From the NCBI GenBank assembly GCA_000708835.1, contig DF237274.1, positions 38,781 to 102,780 of the forward strand: a stretch of 64,000 bases of DNA, written 5' to 3'. Every line of letters starts with the position of its first letter. The first letter of the stretch is position 1. The notes beneath the pieces were generated by a model. The model had not been told where the DNA came from and ran no database searches. It was given only the letters and a program-made list of their open reading frames with translations. Source of the DNA: Klebsormidium nitens (Eukaryota; Plantae; Klebsormidiophyceae). Below are positions 37,629-48,710 of this stretch, piece after piece. Position numbers and translations under genes: made by a program.

Positions 37629-40106
37629 GACGACTGGAAGCAGAAACACCACTGCAAGTAATATACAAGAGCATCATCACAAGGAAATTGTTTTCTGGGG
37701 CGAGTAGCTAAAGGTGAAGAATGTGAGAAAAGGATCACCGTCCAAGCTCAGGACAACGAGATCTAAAGATACTAGATATCAGCTTCCTGAGTCGCCTGAT
37801 TCTTACCAACAAGGATGGCCCAAAGATCCTTGGTCTGATCACCGGAGATCATCTTGAAAGCGTGTACGTTGCTATTGGTCCTTGATGATTCTTCGTAGCT
37901 TCAAGTTCGGGATTACCTCCCAGGCTGGCCTTCTGAAGTGCTCGTCGACGAACAGACGAAGAAGTGCAAATTTTTGCGAGATGAGCACGATTAGTAAAGC
38001 TAAGAAGCAGTGCTGACGTCTTCTGAGTGATTCTTGATGACAGTTCCTGGGACGTACTTGCTACAATTTGTCTGTCAGCGAGCGCTTTCCAGCCTCTCTG
38101 GACAGGATATCCTTAGACCGAACGTTTGCAATCGGCCGTGCGCACGTCCCCGGGGAGACGAAGCTGAAGGCTGGGAAGGAATCCAATGACTCCTGACGGA
38201 GCATAGGGCTTGCTCACACTCTGACACGAGATTCACTGAGACTAATTATGGCATCCCTTGCTCAAAGAAACCGGGAACCAGACCAGTTTGTATCTGCTGT
38301 AAGATCTTATTCTTATCTGGCACCATCAAGGCCAGGTCTCACCAAGACTCATGAGTCGGTGAAAGAATCTCCAACGTCGCTTCCACGCAGATTTTGAACC
38401 TGAGCCGAAACCCAAACCCTGCCTTGAACCCTGCGGCTCTTAGGACCGCGGGGCCGCGCGCGGCGCGGCCCCGCGCGTTGATTACTACGACTCAGAGCGA
38501 CACGCGACGCAATGACGCGCGGCTGTGCGCAATCTGCACTGCGCCCGGCCGCGTCGGAACGTCTCGCCGGCGCGTCTTATTTCTGCCAACAGTGGCGGGC
38601 ACATTTGATGGTTAACATTGACAGTGACCACGCCAAGCCCTTCCTCTTGCTCACGCAATCTTCAAAAGCCCCGCTTGTACCATCAGCTGAGCTGGCCACG
38701 ATGCAGACGAGACTGAAGCTTCATATTGCATTTTGAACATCATCCCCGGGTTGCAGTGTTGAAAACGCAAACGACCAATGGCACCAGAATATTGAGGTAT
38801 TTGTCACCATGATGCCGGCGCCTGGACGACGCCATCTATGCAATTTATAAGTCTGTGGCAGTCTTATGGCACATGTTGAATCCGCTCAAACTTTCGAAGG
38901 CCCGTCTCAGAGTTCAGCTCCTCTTCCTCCACCTTTTCTTTTTTCATGGCGTCCCCTCGACGTTGTAATTGCAGGGCCTGGCCCCGAATCTCGTGACTTT
39001 ACTGGAGCGCGTCAATACGGAACCTCAACTTTGCCAGAAAGAGCACATGATGCATTCTTATGGTGAAGTCCCCCGCTTACTTCAATTCAACGCGCTACTT
39101 GACGACCGTCGCTTTTCAAATTGTTACCCAAGACCTCATCAACGAGCTAGAGCCCGTGATGTTTCACTCAATACCACATCATTGTTGCTGGCCGACTTGA
39201 GTCCCGCCTGGCAGTAGCTCGACAAAAGAATAGAAATTATCCTCCAGCGCTGATCTGAATCAATCGATAATTCGATCATCTTCGATGGAGTTTATATGGA
39301 TTCAGTCTCCGAGCCGCCAGGGCCGCACGTCGGATCCAAGGACACAATTGCGCACAGAAAAGAATGGCAGCTAGCTAGGGCAAGATATGCGAGACTCAGA
39401 TCCCAACCGTTTTGCAAAGTGGCAAGATCTCCGGTTTCGTCTGGCCATACATGCATTAATACTCGACCGATCCGCGGGCCAGCTAATAAAAGGATCAACA
39501 ATCATGGCCCGTGCAAGCGGATGAGAACCACCTTCGCTTCTTCTGAGACGGTGATCAAGCTCAAGCGCATGTACGGCCGGGGCGGCAGCTCGGCTGCACG
39601 AGTTTTGCTGCATTCATGTGCCTCTGGCATCCAGAATATGTCGCGCTTGACTTCCGAGTCGCAGCCGCCACTGATAAGCACCTTCTATCAAGGGCGAATA
39701 TCGTTCTGTAAATCTCAGAAATGACAATATAATTCGGCCGCGCCTCTTCAGAAGCCAAATCCAAGCATGCAGCGGCACAGACTCTATCCTCATCTCTGAC
39801 CATGCGGTCGCAAACGAGGTGCATGATCGAGACAACGCTGCTTCAAATCTCTACTGTACGCCGATCAAGGTTGTGCTTCGAGCAATGCATGGGGCTTGTA
39901 CTAGCAACGCAAGCCCTGTCCATTGTCCAGTGATACCTTCGAGTACGGCAGCATCCACTATGATCGCCTTAATATATCCAAAACTTTCTAGAAATCGTCC
40001 TGAACAATGACGTCCGACTCGCTAACCAATTTAGTTTACAGATCACAACAGAATTTCCTCGAGCAAGAACAGGAGGCGGCTAATATACACGGGGGCAACG
40101 TTCTCT

Positions 40107-43100
40107 CTACCAGGACTCAAATGCCTGAGACGCCGCGCGCCTCAACTCCTCCCCCTCTCCAACAAGCGACCCTGCCGCCCCCCCTTCTGCTGCCGCTGGT
40201 AGCGCCGCCCCCCGCACGACTCCCCTACCCCCTCTCGCCCTCGCCATCGACTTCCAGGGCGACTGTCCCCCCCGTAGCTGAACCCGGTTCCCCGTCGCCA
40301 CCACTAGTTCTCTCGCCTGCTCCTTCACGAGCCCCGGAACGGAGTCCGTCAGATCGAGCGACCGCAGCTCCGGCAACGACGACAAGATCTTGGTCACACT
40401 GCGCAGCGTCAGCTCCTCGCAGTCGCACAGGTGGAGCGACGTCAGCGTGGCTGCGCAGGGCGCAACGCACAGCTCGCCCTCGACAAACTCGTCTGTGAGC
40501 CACGCGCTCGGCCCCCAGAAGTGCAGCCGCTCGAGGCGCGACGCTTGCGCGAGGATCACGCGGAAGCAGGCCGCCGAGACCTTCGGGCACACGTTAAGGA
40601 GGCACTGCCGTAGCGTCACCCCGTGCTCCGCTACTAGTTGCCCCACCCCCACCTCCGTAATATTCTCCAGCTTGCAGAAGTGTATCACGCGCAGCCGGCA
40701 CGCCGCCGCGCTGAGCGCCTTCAGACCCTCGTCAGAAATGCCCAGCTGGTGCAGGTGCAGCTTGGTCAGGCGCCGGAAGGAATTATCGGGGATGCCAAGG
40801 AAGGGCAGGTCCCGGATCTTGGGGCAGTCGATCAGGTTGATGGTTTCTAGGTACGGCGCGCTCATTAGGAAGGGCCGCATCTGCAGCCCGGCCCAGTGGT
40901 GGCTGCTCTTGACCTGGAAGTGCTTGAAGTTGGGGAACTGCTCCATGTTATTGTCGAACGCGTCCTCCGTCAGGCTGACCGCCTCGCGGTCCTGGACGAA
41001 CCGGTCGCGGTGCTCGATGGAGAGCCACTCCAGCTTCGTGTTGGCGCGGATGAAGTCCCGGATGTTGGGCCCGTGCAGCCGCTCGCACATCTCCAGCTTC
41101 ACGACGCGCAGCTCGCGGAACTCGCGCAGGTGCTGCCCGCGTAGCGTGGGCGTGAACCCGAGCGCGAGCTTCCGCATTCGCGGGCAGTGCTCCGCAAGGC
41201 GCCGGGTGACCTCGTCCGTGGCGGCCGTGCACGCATACAGCTCGAGGCTGGTGAGCGCTGGGCACGCCCCCCCCGAGATGCTGAACAGCGACGCCTCGTC
41301 CATGTCGGAGGCCGTCTTCGCGCACGACGAGATCTCCGTCAGGTGCGCCATGACTGGGAGCCCCTCAAACGCCCCACGGACCGTCGAGATCCCGAGGCGA
41401 ACCCGCACAAGTTGCGAGCAGGCTTGGAGTATTGCCTGAACGCCGATGCCCGTCATACGGTGGCTCTGAACGGTGAGGGACTGCAGGCCGGGGCAGTGCT
41501 CAGCGACGGCAACTAGGCTGGCGTCGCTGAGGTCGGGGCAGCCGCGGATCTCGAGCTGGCGCAGCAGGGGGAGGCGGGAGGCAAGCTGTGAAAAGGTGTC
41601 GTCACCCAGGGGGAGGTGCAGGTTGCACAGGTGGAGATGGACCAAGGCAGGGGACAACCTGGGGGAAGGAGCGGAAAAGGCGGTTTGTAAAGTTGAGAGT
41701 TACTTCGGGGAAGAGAGAGAGGGTGAGAGAGTTGAAGTAATCCTTCGCAGCACCGGGATGAGTAACAACTGAAACTTTTGCCAGTAGGGTAAATCTTCAC
41801 GCACGAACAGGACGGAAGACGACCTGAGGGAAGTGGAAAAGAATTAGCGAAGGGGTTGAACTCGATGATTAAAGGGGGTTGTAACTCCCAAAGGACTCTT
41901 GAAAGGACAAAAGGACTCTTAGAAAGACACGTCGGAAGGCTTTGGCCACGGATCAAAAGCCAGGCGAACAACCTGGGAGGAGTGGTAGACACAGATCGTT
42001 TCAGAAAAGGAACCCTGTCATACTAAACCATACAAAGTGAAGGCTCCTCCAACATGTCGAGAGTGCAAAACGAGATTTGCTTTCCCAGTCTGCTATCGAA
42101 AGGCAGAAAAAAAAAACAAGGAGATAAAAACCGGTTGCTCGGGGGCTAGGTCACCTGTAAGCAAGAAGAGTGCATTGAAAGGTCAGGATGAGAAATTTCA
42201 AATGTTGCAAACCTGGAGAGGGGTCAATTCAGGGGCCAAAGAAACGACAGGGATTGTAAGGGGAGGAAAACTTCAAGAGCTTGTGATCAAAGCACTGGTA
42301 TCTTCTTTGCAGAGTCTGGCCCCATGACCGTTTGCATGTTTCAGAAGCAAAGCTTACAGTACTCTGACCAGGGCAAACAGTAGCCTGGCATGAGAAGCGA
42401 GGCAATGCATTACATCAGGGTTGCATCCAAACCTACAAGATTTGAATAGTCTTGATTTACAAGCCCATCCAATTGGCAGCAGAAACTGACACGTGCCAAC
42501 CACAGAGACCAGGGAGGAAGGCAAGTACGGCGGCCTGTGCAAAGCATGCAGTCATGTGCTGCCCCTCCAGCCCTAATAAAGCTCCACGAGCAAATCTAAG
42601 ACGCAAACACAAGACAAACAGTAGCTACAGCACTGCTTCGCACACCGCTGTCCCCAGAACCCTCGATCCCCTTGCATTGCCAGGCCCCAACTATGTTGCA
42701 ATGCCAGAGTTCTGACAGGTTGACGCAAAAACAATGTCACGGCCTACGAACATGTCCCTTCTGCCACCGCGCCTTCTTCCCAAACTTTGGTTCTCTCCAA
42801 AACCCTAAATAACGAGCCCTCCAACACAGCAGAACGCAAATAGGTGTCTCCTCACCTAAGCAACAGCGCCGGATCGACGCTCGCCTCAAACTTGCACCCG
42901 TCCAGCCGGAAGCTCCGCAACGACGCCAGGTTCCGCGAGAACGCCTCCCACTCCTCCGCACTGCGGAAGGTGCACCGGTCGCGCGACACCTGGAGCCGCC
43001 GCAGGCCCCGGCAGCGGCGGTGCAGCTCCTCCCAGAAGTGCTGACTCAGCAGCGGCTCAAACTCGAGCTTCTCGGGTCGGCCCACCTTGAACCGGCTCAT

Positions 43101-44276
43101 GCTGCCCGTGGCCGGGTTAAGGGGAACCGACAGAGTTAGGTCTAATTCCTCCAGGTTGGGCACTAGCGCGGGGACCTGCTCCAGGGTCTCCCGGGAGAGC
43201 CGCTTGTTTTTAGAGTTGTGCAATATGATAAGCGACTTGGTGCCCTCCCCGATGAAGTTTGTGATGCTCTCGTTGCTCGTCGTCTCCTGCGTCGACTTGC
43301 GCTTCGCCAGGTCCTGCATCAGGTCCAGCGGCAGCGTCTGCAGCGCGGGCTTCCACAGGCTCCGGTGGGCCATGATCACGGCCTGACAGCGGCTCATCAG
43401 CGTCGGAACCTCCTCCTCGATGTCCTCATCGTCGCTCTCCTCCCCGTTTGTGTCTGCGTCCTTGAAGTCCGTCTTCGGCCCCCCGTAGGGGAGCGCCTCC
43501 GGCGACTTGACCTGCGGCCGGCTCGCGTCCAGCAGCTCCAGCAGGTGCTGGTCCGCCTTGCGCAGCACGTCGACCAGCTTGTGCCGCGCGCGCTCACAAT
43601 CCACGTCCCAAACCAGAACATCTTCAAATGCTTGCACCGCCTCTAGTTTCTTCCCCGCGTAGTACAGGCCCCCCGCGCGCAGCATCAGCAGCTTGCACCG
43701 CAGACGCTTGCGCCGCTCGAGAGCGAGCGCCTCCCGGTCCCCCAGCCCCTCCTCTTCCCCCTCCTCCGCCATGGCATACGCCCGCTTGGCACTCCCCAGG
43801 GACAGCGACTTCATCAACCGCCGCCCCCCGGGGGACCCCTTCCCCTGCAGACCCTCCCTTCCCAGCCGCTCCAGCCGGTTCACTAGTCGCCGCCGGTGCG
43901 ATGGGAGCGTGCTGTCATCCCGGCTCCGCTGCTTCGTCAGCTTGGCCTTGCCCGACTCCTCTGGTGTGACCTTCTTCAGCAGATCCGAGTTGCTAGCCAG
44001 CCACTTCTCAAACCCCTCAAGCAACCGCAGCGCTCTCGCCGCATCCTCGGCACAGCCCGTGTAGTCTGCCGCCTTCCACTTGTCTTTTGCCCGGTTGCCA
44101 TACAGGTCTATGCAGGTGGAACCGCGGCACAGGTGGCCCGGCCGCTCATGTTCAGCAACAGCTGCCGTAGGCCCGTCCATTATCTGCTCGCGGTGTCTGA
44201 CTACAGGGTACATGGCCGGCAGCTCAGTAGCGTCCCGGAAGTCCCCCGAGACGCACTTGCCCAAGTGGCCCCCCAT
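40107..44276 (-). CDS. About 990-aa protein: N-terminal acylation motif + split TPR + BC-box/cullin-box-like motif + RNI-like (cysteine-containing) LRRs
   Basis: Two exons, 44276-42856 and 41658-40107, joined in phase 2 (AG|GTGAGG ... CCCCAG|G). Starts MGGHLGKC. TPR-like helices (WKAADYTGCAEDAARAL; LYYAGKKLEAVQAFEDVLVWD), VPTLMSRCQAVI..LPLDLMQDL, and many LxxLxLxxCxxLT repeats. Confidence 0.85.
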
Positions 44277-45685
44277 GGAAGCAAGCTTTCAGAAACACTG
44301 CACCAGGGAGTATGAGATGTTTGAAAAAGGACCCAAGATGTGACCCCAACAATTGTCTGGCAGACAAAACGTTGGCCCCCTTAGTCAGCTAGACGTCCGA
44401 CAACATCACAACCTCGTTAGGGGCGCATCCGTGGTTTCCCACATTCAAGAACAAGTGCCTCAAGATTCATAAAGCAATTGACTTGCTTTCACTCTCCTGC
44501 CAAGCAGAAAATTGTACAGAGGTGACGGAACTTGCAAGCTGCAAAACAATTGGACAAAACATGCACATCTCACAATCCTCAAAATCCTCCGCCAACTTCA
44601 AAAGGTTAGAAACTTTCAAATTTGAGAGATACGACACTTCATAGTCTCAGACATAACTAGGTCAACCATGCTTCTTTACGAACAACTCACCTGTCTCTCA
44701 AGCAACTTGACAGATCACAATGCAGTTTGACTATGATGAGCCAAACGGCTCTGCCACATCCGGAGCCTGATCTGCGGCCCTCATACCCTCAATAATGGAG
44801 CCTCTGATGCCAATAGCCAGCTTCTAAGCACCTTGATATTGTTCACACCTAATGATCGTTTGAACTACGAAACAACTCTGCTTCGAAAATGGCCGACTGT
44901 GAAGGGATACTTGAACAACTCGCCAGGTCCAAGTCTCGCAAAACCCTGCGTGCGAACCCTGCGAAAGACAGAAACTGTCGTGACCAGTTGTGAAGGGGCG
45001 GCTCCCTAGATCCCAATGTCTTCAGCCCCTTTGTCTTCTACAACACTCTGTCTTCGTTCAACTTCAAGGAGGGTAGAGACAAGGAAATGCTGCGGCTGCG
45101 TTCTCCTGTGACCGCCTGGAGGATGGCGTCTCTAAATCAGCATGCAATCTTGACGTCAGATGCGCAGCAGCAGGTGTGCACCCAGGACCAGGACCGGACT
45201 TGGACATGTGCCATGTCCATTGGCATGTGGGTTTCTTCTTTCTTGTCCAGTGAGTTTCGGCCGAAATCAGATAACCGGGAGTTTCAGCAAACCCAATTTT
45301 GTACTTCAAGAGGGCTCGTCAAAAAGACGAGTCTCGAAAGGTTTCATACAGATCCTGGAAGTTAACCGCATATCCTGGAGCTTCAAACGAGAACCTCGTC
45401 GAAGGTTCCAATCAAAACCAGAAGACTCCTCGCTGCCACGTCTGCCACATGTGAGCTCTGTGCACTGAGCTCTAGCTTCTGAGGACAGTGCAGGTGACCG
45501 TGCTGATTCCTGAAACCAGAATTCCACTGATCAAATCCGATTTCCAGGGTGGAACTTAATTTTGGAAGTCTGAAGAAGAGCTAGGTTCAAGCGCAATTCT
45601 ATGTCAAGGCCCAGGGAACGCCTTCGTGTTTCTTCCAGAGCGCTTTCTGACGCTTAGGCTTAAGTTTTAAGTGCAAAACTTCAAC

Positions 45686-46898
45686 ATGCTTTCCATCAGG
45701 CAGCTGATCCAGAGCAGCCCCCTGCGGCAAGGGGCTCGCTCAGTGAGTGCAAACGCAATGAGGGCTATGAGTTCAGGTGATGGGAGGATGTTCAGTGATG
45801 AAGAGAAAGCCAAAGAGACCCAGTATATCAGGTGACTGCAATATCAGCTACATGATTTGATCTGGTTGGTTCATTCTAGGAAGTATATAGCGATCAGCAC
45901 ATGCTTTCTGACGTCAGTAGGAGCTGTTGCGTAGAATGCAGAACAAATGCTGGCTTCTGGTTTGTTAGATTATCAATGAGAGTGCATTGAAGCAAAGTGC
46001 GTCTAGGTTGATGTGCCATGCACTCCCCGCTTGGTGGTGCTGAAGGTTGGAATTTGTTTTAATGACTTTGTAGAAGTTTTTAACTCTCCATTCCTGGGCA
46101 TCTATGTACATCTACTTCGGATTAACAGGAGTTGATCATGCTCGTAGCTGTCCATCAGACCAGGTGACTTTATCAAGTTTATGTGTCTGCAATGCAGGAA
46201 AATGGAAGCTGAAAAAATTGAAAAAGCTAAGAAGGAGGTAAGCTTGCGCCGATTGCTTCCGAGTATGATTTTATCACCGTCATGTTCGCATTGTTTGTAA
46301 TGCGTCTGCTGGCGCTGTTTGTAATATCCTCCTGTTTATGAAGGCATGAACTCTGTTTGGTGAACGGCTTCATTGATATGTTTTCTAATTACTTGCTAAA
46401 ACATGCTTTTCAAACATGGGGTGGCTTTGAAGGTCAACATTGAGTAGGAAATATTCAGCCAGTTTGGGCGAATCCACTGCACTGTAGTAGTCATCATGTG
46501 TCAAGTAGCATAAGAATAGAAACCAGAGATGGCAAACTTTGACTATGTCAACGCCGGTTTGTGGCAGGCAGCTGCAGCTCTGAAAAAGCTTGAGGAGAAG
46601 CACCAAAAGGCTAAGGAGCAGGAGAAGAAGTGAGCACGGGCAACAGACCAATGCACTTTTAGTTCCAAGTTGTGAATAGGTCCGATTGGCTGTTGAAACA
46701 CACCACTTTGTTGGGCAGGTGGACAGTCCCACCATGAGCGATGCAAGCATCCACAGTCCTCAAAAACCTTCCCAAGGTACTGAGAAGGACCTAACCATAG
46801 CAGTCTATGGAGGAGTAGTCGCTGCCTTTGTAGGAGGTGCTCTATACTACTTGTCGTCACGCACACAAGCCAAGGTCGAGGAAGAGACGAGCGACTGA
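45686..46898 (+). CDS. Mitochondrial IF1-like / complex I P2-like small protein, with alternative soluble or TM-anchored 3' end
   Basis: Exons 45686-45831, 46198-46237, 46568-46629(or to the stop at 46633), and 46727(or 46719)-46898. Presequence plus GRMFSDEEKAKETQYIRKMEAEKIEK (plant IF1/P2 motif G+xLS(E/D)EE+AxE.xYI.KME). The last exon encodes a TM segment, DLTIAVYGGVVAAFVGGALYYL. Confidence 0.8.
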
Positions 46899-47690
46899 AT
46901 GTGGAAGGCAAAGCTGCTGCTGATCGACTCTCCCTTTATGTTTAATGCCGATCAACATTGTTCCCCGTGGCACCTTGTCAAACGGGATCCGCTCTAGATT
47001 TTGCAATCACCCTTTTATTCATCTTTGATATGGGGGGCCCCATCTGGGGACCATGAACGTTGTCTTCTAGATTGTATGTTTTTGGCTTCGGTTGTGCTAG
47101 TCAATCTGTTTATTGCGGACGGATCAACATGTAGGCACTTCTGAAACTTGATTCTGGTCCATGTCTCATCTCGCTGATGTTGGTGGGCACCTCTTTGAAC
47201 TCCATCCCCTCGTTTTATTATATCGTTGGTCCCCGACGCTCTAAGGGGTCATGTAGCTTTTGCTGTACATATAGACTCCATAGGGAGGAAGCAAATGTGA
47301 TGCTAACCGTCCCCTCTCAGGTGGCTTCTACATGCCTTGCGTTTCCAATAGCTTCATTAGGGCTTCATTATCTACTTAATCAATGTGGATGCACACCTAC
47401 TATAACTACAGTAGCAGGCCTCAAGAATCCGTGCCTCACTGAGAGATCCGTGCCTGAGGCCAAAGTCACATCCAACACAGCATCATTTGTGTCGAGAACA
47501 TCATGTTGTAGGGGAGGGAGACGTTTGATACAATACCTTCGTATCCTTTTAATATCTCCAAGTCGTGTGTTACGTAGCGAGGAAATGAGTAAATAGTTAA
47601 CTGCAGCATCATGTGACCAACATTTCATGAGGATAATTCATGCAAGCGTCTCGATGTGTTGGAGCTCAGCCGGGCAAAACCAGTACCGTC

Positions 47691-47854
47691 GGTAAGTATA
47701 GGTTATCCAACGAGTGCGAGAGAATATCGAAGTTTCGCGTCGAACGAGAGCGGATATTCCACGAGGGCCTCCGAGGCCCGAGTGGAATATGAAGCTCGAG
47801 TTTGACGCGAAATCTTCGATATGCTCGAGCACGAGTGAGGGTAACCGACTTATC
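47691..47854 (+). other. 164-nt imperfect fold-back (about 70 bp stem, CCG loop) with four CGAG/CGAG tandem G.A internal loops
   Basis: Arms paired base by base. The 2x2 loops are G47763A/G47780A, G47746A/G47798A, G47718A/G47827A and G47712A/G47833A. The region is intergenic. Confidence 0.75.
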
Positions 47855-48710
47855 GCACGACCGGACTCTGATGCATCGTCGAACCTGGTAAGGGTCTCGC
47901 GTTTTTTCAACGGCTGAGCGTTGAATAAACATATATATTCACCGCTGGGGTCGCCAACGGAATTCGACGTCGAAACTTTACTAATACTCAACGCCGAAAT
48001 GGCTGAGCGCAAAAACCGGTCGTGGGATAAATCGCGGTTGGATGCTTCTTGCCCGGCGAATGGTGGCCAGTGGCATGAAGTGCGGTGCAAGTTACAACTG
48101 CTTCAAAGCCCCTTCAAAGCCTTGAAAGCTTCACCAGTCCTCCAGTCGGAAGAGACGGAAGGAGTTGGACGTGAAGTCGTCGTACGGAGTGCGAAAGTCT
48201 TCGACGAATGGTCAGCTCACATGACCAACTCATGAGCTGGCATAGCCGGTGGGCGTATTGCATGCAAATACTTCCTGCTCACTTCCTGATGCAGCGCAAC
48301 GCTTGTAAGAAAGGCCGATCGATGGTTAAGCGTCTCGGCGACCAAGTGTCCAAGTGGGCGCTACAAGAGATCGCAAACGCCCAAGCTTTTCGATTGACAC
48401 CGGTGCTTAGGCCATACCAACATGGATTATCAGGCTGCATGTTTGCACCAAAACGCAATGAAGGTCATTTGATTGCATTTTCAATGAGCACGGGTTTGCT
48501 ACCATGTAAGTGGAAGAAGAGAAGAAGAATAGCTATCGACCATGCAAAAATGAGTCCATGCATCATTCAGTCAACTGTCAGTGGAAGGTCGGCCGCGCCG
48601 CGCCAAGACTGGACCGCCCATGCGAGCTGCCATAATTCATGCCACCTGCGTCGCATCACGTCATACGCAAGCTTTCGGTTATGCAATTGAAGCTAGCTGA
48701 AACTCCGAAC

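Noticed and set aside
38394-38440. Telomerase RNA template candidate (AAACCCAAACCCT)
   Set aside because: It is not a perfect permutation of TTTAGGG or TTTTAGGG, and no USE/TATA Pol III promoter lies upstream.
40390-41439. 349-aa plus-strand ORF and similar long antisense ORFs (for example 31030-31527, 43628-44315, 63412-63900)
   Set aside because: These are shadow ORFs opposite GC3-rich real exons and carry no independent motifs.
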